Assembly: GCA_964035545.1 (NCBI GenBank)
Contig: OZ037773.1
Coordinates: 3,439,751-3,503,750 of the forward strand
DNA from: Bugula neritina
Taxonomy: Eukaryota; Animalia; Bryozoa
DNA: 64,000 bases
Direction: 5' to 3'
Of this stretch, positions 24,828-36,139 are shown piece after piece (the first letter of the stretch is position 1; every line of letters begins with the position of its first letter). The notes below the pieces were generated by a model. That model saw only the letters and a program-made list of their open reading frames with translations. It did no database searches and was not told where the DNA came from. The position numbers and the translations under genes were made by a program.

Positions 24828-27216
24828 TCATGCGGAAGAAACAAGTGGCTGTGACTGCAGATTGCCAGCACTCATTGACCGTCTATACACTGATTTCCAT
24901 TGCTTAGGCGTACATCTGCAGCAAAATGAGTAAATATTAGCACAGTATCCGAGATGGAAGGGATTGTCATCGTCCCGTAACCTTTTGAGATATGAAATTC
25001 TACTTCTAGATACGGACTCCCACGTAGTCTGATTAGTAAACATCAGATACGAATGAAAACCAAAGAGAGAGATTGTGCTTAATCCGCCCACAACTAGTAT
25101 TAGCATACTCAAAATGTTCAACAATGTAAAAGCTATGTCTGTGCCAGAGAAATCGTCCTTTTCTTTGTCTTTGGTGGTGAAACTTGGAAAAGAGCGCCTA
25201 AAAGCGTTAAAACCAGTATGAATGAAATAAATTATTTAGTGCAAGTGTTGCTTTAGGGCCACAACAATTTGATCAATATTGATAGGGTTAAAAGTTTGAA
25301 TTTGATATATAATTGATCAATCGGCTAATATGGCTTGTTTACAAGTTATGAGCACACATACGTTAATGAAATGTTACATTCTCAATGAATAGCAAACCGT
25401 TAAGACTTACACTGCCAGCCACATGGAGAAAGCTATAACAATGTTAATGAAGAGCAGAAATAGCCAAAAGTACTTGTGGTTGTTTTCACCAACACAAGTG
25501 GACAGCCATGGACAGTGGTGGTCAAATTTTAGGACACATTTTTTGCAATCTGGGCAATGGCGGCTTCGCAAGGGTTGCTAAAACAGTCAGGTAAAAGGTA
25601 ACATATCATAAAAATCAATATTGACATAATTAGTATTGAAATGTAGCGTAAATATGATGTAATATACCATAAAGATATGTCACATCTTATATAATATATA
25701 CTTTAATACTTATAGTTGCATACTCACTTGTATATTACATACACGACAGAACCTTGTGCCATCTACATCTGTTTCTTGACTTGATCTATTATCTGCAGGG
25801 TTACTTACTGAATCATTAGATGTGTAGGTAGGATCCCTGCTAGAGTGAGCACCTTGATCCCTATGGGTTTGCTGTAATATACAAACAATATAATACAAAT
25901 AGTACAAGAAAAATATAGCATAAATAATATAATACAAATAATATAATACAAATAGACTACTTGTATTATGTTAATTGTATTATATTATTTATGCTATATT
26001 TTTTTCTTATACTATTTGTATTATACTATTTGAAATAGTATAATACAAATAGTATAACAGAAAAATATACCATAAATAAATTAATATAATAAAAATAATA
26101 TACTATAAATGTTGACATGGCTTGGTTCTATGGGTATACTCTAATGTAATACAACCAATATACAATACAAATATTAGAGTACAAATAATATTAGAGTACA
26201 AATAATATAATATTAATAATAAAGTCCGCCAGGCTTGCAAATGTAGAGAAATACAGGCAGCACAAAACAGTCACTCACTGTTATATTTCCGGTATCTAAC
26301 ACAGCTGGAGAATCGATCTCATCCTTTGACGAGATGTCATGAGAGTCATGGTTGAATGGAGCAGATGCATCTGACATCTGTAGAGATGTGTATCCCTGTT
26401 TGTTGGTTGGTCTTTGCACAAATAATTCTTCATCGTCCTTCAATAATAAATACATGGGAAGTAACTATATATAGTATATAGGTGTGTGTGTGCGCATGTG
26501 TGCATGCATGTTTTCATTTACAATCAACATTTTTACCTGACGAGTGCGTTTTTATCATATCTTTTACAATTTCATACAGAAAACGTATGAAACTATTAGC
26601 AGTGGAATATTAACATTAAATTAACCAAATTTGACTTAAAAAATTTCCACAGAGTCCTTTATATTACTACAATCATAGCTACGATGGCAATCGTATTAAT
26701 TACTAACATTATGCTCATGATGGTAGTAACATTGAAACACGGATAATGCTTGCCTTATCAACTTACCTCATCGTTGGCTAAAGAAGCCAAAGTTTTTTGA
26801 TCAACATAGCCTGGATCAGTTAGACACGCACAATAGTAAAATATGAGAGACGCTAACAACAGACCAAAATACAGAAATCCAAATACGTATGAGCCATCAT
26901 AGAGTACAAGCCAGCTGTGGAGATCTGAAAAACAAATGCGTCACTCAAAACTTAAAAGTTAGGTCTATGCTAAATAATTTATTCACCATATAGTAAATCA
27001 TGCTGATTAAAACAAAATGAAACTAACAAAACCTTTACTTGCTACAGTAATAATAACATTACTTGTATACTTACCAGAACGTTTATTGGCAAGAAGTGTG
27101 GATGGTATACCTAAACTAAAGGCTGTGTGTATGAATCTTACAACATACTCCCCACCGCCGCATGTCAGACAATGACACACCTTCTTTATCAAATACGCAC
27201 AACCCCCAGAGCCCAT
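24828..27216 (-). CDS. ZDHHC12: DHHC palmitoyltransferase, ZDHHC12-like
   Basis: About six exons with [39 protein letters not shown] (about 25411-25577) and [20 protein letters not shown]. The C-terminal motif resembles the ZDHHC12 subfamily as I recall it. Confidence 0.85.
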
Positions 27217-28090
27217 ACTGATACTTATGTCCGATTTGATTGCAACATGTATCCCTAAACGATACAACAAAATACATATAACTTATAAGCATTCATTAAG
27301 TTTTAATCTTTTCACAATACTATTAGTATTACTATTACCAATAGTAATACTATTGACTATCAGTATCACTATGATTTATGTTATGACTTATCATCATAAT
27401 TTATAAGTATGACTATGAGTGATCCGAATCGTAACGGTAATGCCAAGCCCAATGGACATGTGTAGTAATTTGTGCAATTACTGAGCGTGAGTTATTTACT
27501 TGCGTATAGTTAGCTGGTTATTCTGTTATCAATTACTAAGGTAGCTGTCGAGTAATTATATTTATTATCCACAATAAAGCATAAACCAAACATCACATCA
27601 AATTATCCTATATAAGAGTCAACTACTAACACATGTTACTACTACAAGCCTCCGCTTACAACAACGTGATATAATGTTAATAACCCGGGAAGTGTCACGT
27701 GACTCGGAAGCATATCTTCCGGAGCTGCTAATTGGTTACTACATAAGAGTCTAAGTATTCCAAGAATAGGGAGAGGGCGATTCCTGTATTTGTACTTGCA
27801 CTACTCACTACACCGTCCCCCCCAGCAGAAAGCCCTACTTTCTGATAACACAATAAAAAAACATAATGAAAAACCATACAATAATCCAAAAAGGAAATAT
27901 TCATAAGTAAACCCACAAAGAGTAAGAAAAGAAATAGTTAAACACGACAACGTTTACATTAGAAGACAACAGGGTGATCGATCACACACATCTAGTCAGC
28001 TATTAAGAGAGAGGGTGCTTACCAATGTCGGAGCGCTCGTCACATCCTAAACGAGCTATAGCTCAACGAAGGTGCCTATCCCAGGCATTC

Positions 28091-29143
28091 TCATTGGTTG
28101 GACTCTGCTTCTTGTAGCGACCGTGCTCTGTGTCGAGCCTGTCGGGCCCGTAGCCGCCTCTTCAGTCGTCCCACTGAGTCCTTCAACTGGTATAGACCTG
28201 TCGTCGTATCCAGCAAGTCAGGGGCAAGTTGTGTGAACTCGGCTTGCAGTCTTAGAAGCCGCTCTTCTACGTTAGCCAGCTGGCTAGGCCTTGGTGGGGT
28301 TATAGGGGTCTCCGTTATACGGGATATGGTTGTTTCTTCTACTTCTGGGGTGTTGCTAGGGTTGACGGGGGTAGGAGGTGGGCCCTGAACCATAGGGGAC
28401 TTATGGCGGGCAGATAGTAACAGTACGTGAAACCCTGACGTTAGTGCGGCCAGGGTAATAGCCTTCCTGATGACTGGCTTGATGTCATCCAGGTATAGGG
28501 GGAAACTGTCTTCATCAACAGTGTGGTTCTCTCCGGCGAAGCAGCTTAGCTTATGTACTGTCACGGGATACGGGTAGACGTCGTGGAACCCGCAGGGACA
28601 GAAGTGGAGTAGGACATGGGCATCTACATGTAAACGCAAGGAGCGGTGCGACGGGCACTCCTCAAAGCAGACCTGGCAGGTTCGGTGTGGTCCACTGGGT
28701 CCCCAGGCTTCTTCAATTCTCCTCTCTGTCGTGGGTGACACCCAACGGTGTCGTCGGCGGAGTACTACTGGTATGCCATTCTCCATTACAGGCTCTTCTT
28801 CCATAGACAGAGAGGTTGGCTGGTCCCGTGACCGGGAGGTGGTCACTCGAGTGTGATCTGAAAGAGTAGCAGTGTTAAAGATTATACACTGAGACACCGT
28901 CGGCGTGTACAGCCTGACCGGTACTCTGTTCAGTTACACTCGTGAGATTCAGGCTAATGAATAGTTGATGGAGAACACACTCGCTATGACAGATTATTTA
29001 AAATCAAAGTCGACGTGTATTCCCACCACTGTTTATCATTATCGAATCTCCAGCTAGCTAGTGTAGCTAAGCTGACTGATGCAGTCTAGTTATCGTACCA
29101 AAAACATAATTAACTCACCCTTCGATCCAGAATAGTAAGACAT
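28091..29143 (-). CDS. Accessory ORF3 of element 2: C2H2 zinc finger, Arg-rich and coiled-coil protein, probably two exons
   Basis: Exon 29143-29119 (ATG..AAG G|GTGAGT) joins in phase to acceptor ctctttcag|AT at 28857. The protein has CQVC-x12-HVDAH then CPCGFH, and a heptad-like tail ending RLKRRLRARQARHRAR. Confidence 0.7.
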
Positions 29144-29166
29144 TTTGGAATGAGAGTGGTAACTGA

Positions 29167-31527
29167 TTACTGTTTACTGGCACGTCTACTCTCGACTGCA
29201 TCAACATAGGAAAAGACCGGACAGCGTGGTTGTGAAACGTGACTAGGGCTTTTCACTTCCAGCGGATGAATCTCGTGTGAGATTCCGCCGAGGCAAAAGT
29301 TGAGATTCTCGTGGTGATCACAACTCCCACGGCTCTTTGCCTGTTTTCCCATGCGAGGCCTCTCTAGACTTTTGTTACTGCCGCTTATACCGCGGTCACG
29401 TACACAGTCTCTGAGACACGCTGGAAGTTGCCTAGTGTGTGGTGCTGGTCCTATGTTGGCATCTCCTTGCGGAGCCCCTCCCACGGGGGGTTTTTGCACT
29501 TCCGGACCTGTTTCTGGTTCCGGAAGTGGTGATGATGGCAGGCTTGACGTTGGGGGCGGTGGGCGCACTTTCAAGGACGGAAGTGGCCTTTCTCGCCTCG
29601 CCAAGTCTTCCTGACGTGTCATGGAGGTGTTTCCGGCCAGGTTGACAGTCTCCGCCTGCCGAGACCTTCTCGCACAATGCGTCTGCCGCCCCGCTTCACC
29701 AGGGAGACGGCTATGCTTGTTGGTCTGGCAGACTTTGCACCGTCTCACTCTGCGTCGGATATCCCGTTCCATGTTAGGCCAGTACCACCGGAGTTGTAGC
29801 TTGGTGACCACCCCTTGGACTCCTCCGTGAGTCTCCTCGTGGGTGTCTTGTATCAACTTCCGGCGGATGGCAACTGGGCAGACAACCCTCTTCCTGGCTG
29901 GCTGTCCGCTGTTGGCGGCCAAGGTCATGGTTAGCAGACCATCTGGCCCGACCCGCAGAGAGCTCCAACGTTGACAGTACAGCCGTAACTTGGCGCATCC
30001 CTGTCGCCGTTGTGTACTACTGGGTCGTCGCCCCTCCTGTTTCGCTCGGTACACGTCGGCTACCACCCCAGGAAGGCATTCCTGGAGCTTCGGCAGCTCC
30101 CTAACGTTACCAGCCCATACAGGTTTGGCGCGGAGGCTCTGGGCAGCCTCCGGGGGCGTGTCAGCCCTCTGTTGAAGTGGCTGAGCAGGGGCGGTCCTCA
30201 CCGCCCGTGGTACCTCACGGCAGCCTGCTCTATTTAGGCGGGCTCCGTGGTCTGTGTGGCTGAACGCCTCACTGTACCCATGTGGCAACCTAGCCATAGC
30301 CTGGCACTTCCCGTTGCCTGTGCAGCCACGCGTCCCTGGAGGAGGGGAGGCGTGGGTTGGGACGGTCCTCCGCCCTCGAGACGGGCTCTGCTGAGGACCT
30401 TCCGTCGTAGCTCCCGACGACGGCCCAATGGCTTCCTCCTGGACAGGATGGAAGCGACCCAGCATGGATCTGGGTGGTAGGTCTACTGTCTCTGAGAAGG
30501 GGTTGACACACTGCACTGAGATCTCTCCTTGCCCCGTGAGCCGGCTAAAACTACGGGCAAGTTGGACTCTCGAGTGCGTACTTTCGACAACTCCCAACTT
30601 AGAGGTTTGGCCACCGTCTACCTTGCAGCGGACGGTAGCCCGGGAGTGGCCTGGTATAGTACAGCTCCGTACTACCTGCACTGCTCCCGCTAGAGGACGA
30701 CCAAACTTATCGACACAAGCGAGCTCCTTGTCGCCCATGATTATCGCAGATTTACTGAAATCGATGCGACAACCGTGTCGTTGTAAGAATGGCATCCCGA
30801 GGATAGCATCCTCGTTGAGCTGCCCGACGATAAACGTCTCTTGGATGGCCTGGTTACGGACGTAACCAGTTAGCTCAATAATGCCGTAGAAGGGAATGCA
30901 CGACCCGTCTGCCAAGGTGCCGTGATCCCCCTCGTACGGTGCCAACCTGTCCTTGACCTTAGCGCTGAGGGTGTCAAAGAACTGACGGCTAAGGAGGTTG
31001 GTGGTGCAGCCGGAGTCCAGGAGGAAGTTGGCAGGCTTGCCGGCTAACTTCCCTGGCAGGAAGTAGCTACTTCCGTGCGGCTGCAATTGAGTGTGCCGTG
31101 GTTGCACCTCCCTCGCTGTGGGTCGAGGGGTCCACGGTTGGCGGCGACTATTGACCAGCTGCCGAGGTTGGGGCGGTACGCCTTGCGGCGCTCGTACCGT
31201 TTCCCTCGCAGGCTCTGTGGTCAACCGTCTGCCGGCTCCGTGTTGGTGCCGGAGTGGCGTAGAGGACCCAGGCGGCGAGTGGCTTGAGCCTACTTGCCGC
31301 GGGGGTCGCCACTTCACAGCATCTCCGCGCGGCGCCCAGCGGGGCGACAGACGCGCGGGCCTCCCTGGGTGATTCACAGACGGCCCGCAGGAGGTGGGAA
31401 CATCTGCGGGCCGGGGTAGTTTAACCCTGGTGGGAGTTGAGGGCAGTTTCTCTGGAAATGTCCTGGCCTTCCGCATTCCCAGCAGAAGTGGTGCCCCATG
31501 TCTGGTGATTGTACCTGCGGCCCGCAA
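29167..31527 (-). CDS. Internally deleted pol of element 2: protease plus integrase H2C2 domain only
   Basis: LLDSGC and ILGMPFL (protease), and THEETHGG..YWPNM..CKVC. No YxDD, RNase H or DDE core. The ORF is in the -1 frame relative to gag. Confidence 0.85.
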   Translation of the reverse strand: MRAAGTITRHGAPLLLGMRKARTFPEKLPSTPTRVKLPRPADVPTSCGPSVNHPGRPARLSPRWAPRGDAVKWRPPRQVGSSHSPPGSSTPLRHQHGAGRRLTTEPARETVRAPQGVPPQPRQLVNSRRQPWTPRPTAREVQPRHTQLQPHGSSYFLPGKLAGKPANFLLDSGCTTNLLSRQFFDTLSAKVKDRLAPYEGDHGTLADGSCIPFYGIIELTGYVRNQAIQETFIVGQLNEDAILGMPFLQRHGCRIDFSKSAIIMGDKELACVDKFGRPLAGAVQVVRSCTIPGHSRATVRCKVDGGQTSKLGVVESTHSRVQLARSFSRLTGQGEISVQCVNPFSETVDLPPRSMLGRFHPVQEEAIGPSSGATTEGPQQSPSRGRRTVPTHASPPPGTRGCTGNGKCQAMARLPHGYSEAFSHTDHGARLNRAGCREVPRAVRTAPAQPLQQRADTPPEAAQSLRAKPVWAGNVRELPKLQECLPGVVADVYRAKQEGRRPSSTQRRQGCAKLRLYCQRWSSLRVGPDGLLTMTLAANSGQPARKRVVCPVAIRRKLIQDTHEETHGGVQGVVTKLQLRWYWPNMERDIRRRVRRCKVCQTNKHSRLPGEAGRQTHCARRSRQAETVNLAGNTSMTRQEDLARRERPLPSLKVRPPPPTSSLPSSPLPEPETGPEVQKPPVGGAPQGDANIGPAPHTRQLPACLRDCVRDRGISGSNKSLERPRMGKQAKSRGSCDHHENLNFCLGGISHEIHPLEVKSPSHVSQPRCPVFSYVDAVESRRASKQ

Positions 31528-32324
31528 GGCTCACGGGCAGTATCTACCTGGCTTGGGGAGGCTAATGTGGTGACCAGTTTATCTAGCATGTCAGTCATCT
31601 GTGAGATTTTTGACGCTAGTGACATCTGGTTCACATTAGCCACCGCGGAGGGTTCCGCATTTACTTCGGTGTGAGCAGTAGAGTGCTCCGTGGTCACCTG
31701 GCGGGAGGCCACGCGGTTGCGGTGCATATGAGTCGCCAAGAGATAGGCTTCTCCCACCGCAAGTGCATCTTCGACTGTGGTGACTCCCCTCGCTTGGAGT
31801 TGATGGTGGAGCCCCAAGTCGTTGATGGACTGCACGAAGGCATCATAGGTATACCTCTCACGGTGTACCGGAGGCAGATCGCGGAATGCGATCTGCGCTA
31901 ATGGGTACACCGTGGCAGCGTGCTCTTCTAGTGACGTGTGAGGATCACGCCGCATCCTCTGCAGACGGGCCCGCGCATCTATGGGAGAGATGCCAAAACG
32001 GGCCCGCAGGGAAGCAAAGATTCCGTCTATGTCAGGTCCAGCTCCGTACGGCTTAGCTTTGCCCGTCAGCGCCATCCTGAGCTTTAGCAACGCCACCCTT
32101 GGCGGCCATTCTGCAATCTCCATCACATCTTGGAATTCTTGAATAAACTGCTCCACTGCTTCTTCGCCAGTGAAGGTGGGCGCCTTCAGCCGGTATCTAT
32201 CTTCACCATGCTCTCTAAGAATTCTCACTTCTTCATCTAACACCACTGGTTCCACAGGTATATCAACATTATCTCTCTCACCTTCATTCAGTGGAATGGG
32301 TAGCTCCGTGCCGTCTTCTGCCAT
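31374..32324 (-). CDS. Gag of element 2
   Basis: Capsid-like region (APTFTGEEAVEQFIQEF) and CCHC knuckle CWECGRPGHFQRNC. First ATG is at 32324. Confidence 0.9.
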   Translation of the reverse strand: MAEDGTELPIPLNEGERDNVDIPVEPVVLDEEVRILREHGEDRYRLKAPTFTGEEAVEQFIQEFQDVMEIAEWPPRVALLKLRMALTGKAKPYGAGPDIDGIFASLRARFGISPIDARARLQRMRRDPHTSLEEHAATVYPLAQIAFRDLPPVHRERYTYDAFVQSINDLGLHHQLQARGVTTVEDALAVGEAYLLATHMHRNRVASRQVTTEHSTAHTEVNAEPSAVANVNQMSLASKISQMTDMLDKLVTTLASPSQVDTAREPCGPQVQSPDMGHHFCWECGRPGHFQRNCPQLPPGLNYPGPQMFPPPAGRL

Positions 32325-33712
32325 GACTGCTATACGCAAGATCCCACCGCTGCCACCACTGTAGTAATTTGTGCAATTACTGAGCGTGAGTTATTTACTT
32401 GCGTATAGTTAGCTGGTTATTCTGTTATCAATTACTAAGGTAGCTGTCGAGTAATTATATTTATTATCCACAATAAAGCATAAACCAAACATCACATCAA
32501 ATTATCCTATATAAGAGTCAACTACTAACACATGTTACTACTACAAGCCTCCGCTTACAACAACGTGATATAATGTTAATAACCCGGGAAGTGTCACGTG
32601 ACTCGGAAGCATATCTTCCGGAGCTGCTAATTGGTTACTACATAAGAGTCTAAGTATTCCAAGAATAGGGAGAGGGCGATTCCTGTATTTGTACTTGCAC
32701 TACTCACTACACATGGTTATGGTTTTAGCAGATCACAACTATTTTATTTCTTTTGCTATTGTTCGTTAATTATTAAATAATAATTTTTAAATTTTTAGTC
32801 ATCACTTATTAAAAACATCTACATAAAGACACGTAGTGAACTATTATACTTACACTCGTATTTATTTATTAATATTGATAATTATTATTATATACTAATA
32901 CTAATAGTAATACTCGCACAGTAAATTTCAGGGCTTGTCAATACAATTATAGCGGAACTATATTAAAGGTATAAAACGGGACTGGTTGTACATTGTGACT
33001 GTTTTGCAAACCTTAGTAGCTCACTATTTTTATTTAAAAAAAATACGAAATGACAGTAATATGTAATAGTCTAAGTAGATTTCTAGCGAGCCTGACTTTA
33101 GCAGATATTCTTCATATCCTAGATCTTTATTGCACATCTGACTGTCCAAGAGTTGAAGTGGAAATTCAACTAGTCACGATATATGAATTTAACTAATACA
33201 GCCCTGATGTCACAGAACTTTTTAACTGATCTGTGAGTAAAGGTAAAGTTATTCATTTGACTTTTACATATACTAAATTTGTTTCTAAGACTTTTTTTAA
33301 AATAATAGATATCATAATCAAATTCAATATCAATAATATTAATAATTAAATTTAATATCAATATGATAATGAATATGAGAGTTCAATATGAATATGAATA
33401 TCATAAATGATAATGATAATTCATAATCGTAATGATAATCAATAATCATACAACTTACTCTTACAGTTACTCTAACTCTTCCTCTTGGTCTTAGACTTAG
33501 AGTTAGCCACTGAGTTGGCCTTATGGCTTATGGTTGCTGGTAGTATTACACTTACAGTACAGTTAGTGTTACACTTTGACTTACAGTTACTGTTACACTT
33601 ACTGAGTGTTAGTGTTACTGTTAGTGTTAGTGAAGTGTTGCATTTATTCATACTGTTTATCATAATTATAATATTATACTAAATTAATACTTGCAGTATT
33701 ACTATAAGTTAA

Positions 33713-34180
33713 GTGTTGTCATCCCAGATAGACGCTTCCCAGTTAGACGTTATTTATTTATATTGGTACAATATATTAATATATTTCATGTGCAATTTAT
33801 TTGAATAATATTTAAATATATGTATATTTAAATAAAGCATATATTGAGCACATAAATAAAAATTTTTTAATCTGCATTAACATATTAATTTTACATATTT
33901 TTTGCTTCTTGTTGGGACAGATATTTTGTTAATGAGTATTCATTAATTAGAGATAATGTTTATTATTAATATAGTACTGTTTTTTGTCTCTAACAAATCT
34001 ATGAAAATTAGAATAATATTCCAGATAATTCATAATTCATTATAGCTATTAACATTTTAGCTATTTAGCAATCAATGCAACAATTATATAGGTATATATA
34101 GACATATTACTTTATAATTATTTGGCACCAAAATAAAAAATACTGTCTAACTGGGAAGTGTTTATCTGGGATGAAACCAC
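33713..34180. mobile_element. Mutator-like MITE
   Basis: TIRs of about 36 bp (gtgttgtcatcccagatagacgcttcccagttagac / gtctaactgggaagtgtttatctgggatgaaaccac), flanking 9-mers ataagttaa / ataagtata, and an AT-rich interior. Confidence 0.8.
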
Positions 34181-35218
34181 ATAAGTATAGCCATAGGTAT
34201 TAGTATAACTATTACTTAGTTTTATAGTTACATCGCTAAAAGGAAATTCATACATTTAATTTTGTTTATTTATTGTCAATCTCATTGTCTGACTCTGTGA
34301 ATGAGGAAATAATAGTAATACAGATACTAGTTGCAATACTATTACTTATAACTCTAGTTATAGTTATACTGATACTTATACTTGTAGTTATAGTTATACT
34401 TATACTTATAGGCTTATGCTTACTCTTATAGTAATAGTAATGAAGTAAATGCAATAACTTATACTCTAAGTATAATTATATTTATAAGTATGGCTATTAC
34501 TATTACTATTACTCTAAGTTGTAGTATTACTATTAGTGTTAGCAATACTATAGTATTATATAATACTTGTATGCTGCTTACTTGCTCTTTCAATAAAATT
34601 CAACCAACTAGTAAACTAAAATAAATAACAGAATGCAAATGTAGCTAACGACTGGAACATTCATCTCAATGCAAAGCAAAACGCATTTGCCTACATAGTA
34701 TTAGTAACTTTGTACATTTGAGCAATACTATAAAATATATAAAAAAATCTTTCAAAACACAATATCTTTAGAAATAAACACGCACAAGTTTATTTTCTAA
34801 TATTTTCTACAAGCATTGTTTAAGCAATAAAACCTGATGGTAATCTTCTAAGGAGTTTCATTCTATTAGTTTTTTAACTGTTGTCATTTGTGAGCTGTAA
34901 GAAATAAATTTTTATTAGGTTCAACACATTGTGAATTAAAGAAAATGGTAATTTGCAATTGAGTTCATATTATTTTCATTAGTTTATTTGTGTTTGTACA
35001 AGTCTTAACACTTGTACTAGTAAGTTTTACTCAAACAAGTTTAGATATCAAAAAAATAACTATTCAAACATTGTTATTCGAAACAAAGTCTACCATGTAA
35101 TGTATTAAGAGCAACATGTTTTATATGCTGTGCTATAATGCTATTAGATAATTACAAAAGAAATTGCACACACATTTCAATGTTTAAAATTTAAATGGTA
35201 TAGCTAGTCTCATATAAC

Positions 35219-35902
35219 CGATACTTTTCAAGTTGAATGTTGTGGACTTTCTTTGATCTTTCAGCTGCCGCATTGTATCTAATGGTACTTTCTTGCCATA
35301 CAAAGTGTTTTGTTCTCCTATTGCTAGCTTTTTGTGCTGCTTGCGCTTTTCCAAAAACATGTGGTTTACAAATATTTCTCTGGCATAAAGTTTGTCGTCA
35401 GCATTTGATCTCACCGGTCGTCGAATAGAATGAAACCTGCAGCATCAGCCAACGGCTCTGTTAATCAAATTTTGATGTTGGGAAATGAACAAATACCCTA
35501 TATTGGAAAAAGGTTGAATAAAAAACTCGTATTTTAATGCAAATGCCGTCATATATTTCATACTGAAATTATAAAAGCTCAACGTCACTCACTTGGTCCA
35601 GGCGTTACTGTGAGGACAATCCCAAACAAGTGAGTCTACTGATTGACCTTTGACCTCTCTTACATTGATTTTGGTACTACCGCCTTGTTGATTGGAAGAA
35701 GTAACTCTAAGAGATGTATAGGATCTTGGTTGCACACAAGGGTAGCTATTGCATAACGTTCTTTCTCTCTATCAACAATAATAACATAGTCTTCCTCACT
35801 GCTCAATATATTCAATACTTCAATAATTTTTGCAACACACAGCATAGTCAGAGTAAAGGAGCTGCTGTGGCTAGTGTTTCAATATTCTGACATGGCCTTC
35901 AC
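35219..35902 (-). pseudogene. Decayed spliced coding fragment of unknown family
   Basis: Two exon-like blocks (about 35902-35593 and 35437-35219) join in phase via AA|gtgagt...cag|G. The first block has in-frame TGA and TAA stops. Confidence 0.3.
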
Positions 35903-36139
35903 CTATTAATCTACTCTGCTGCCCATAGCTAGTGCTAAATATTTGGAGTTACAGATAATGTGACAATATATAAAAATAAATAATATTGTATATAACGTTG
36001 TAAACTTTGTAAATATATAATAGAGAAAATATACTTAAGAAAGTACCCCAACAACAAAAAATACATAGACAAAAAATGTTGAAAAACAAAAAGGTGAATG
36101 AGTGAAAAGTATCGATGTATACATAACACTATGTACAAC

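Larger units (their letters stand above)
27461..32711 (-). mobile_element. Non-autonomous Gypsy-type LTR retrotransposon 2 with an extra ORF3
   Basis: 352-bp LTRs at 27461-27812 and 32360-32711, identical by eye. TSD is CATG (4 bp). An 18-nt PBS TGGTGGCAGCGGTGGGAT matches tRNA-Leu(AAG/TAG). PPT is gggggggacgg. Confidence 0.96.

Noticed and set aside
28091-28897. ORF3 as an envelope gene
   Set aside because: No signal peptide, fusion peptide or transmembrane anchor.
29351-31901. Many antisense and overlapping ORFs in element 2
   Set aside because: Expected in GC-rich coding sequence; no recognisable motifs.
35878-35892. In-frame TGA as selenocysteine
   Set aside because: The same frame also has a TAA, and no SECIS is recognisable.
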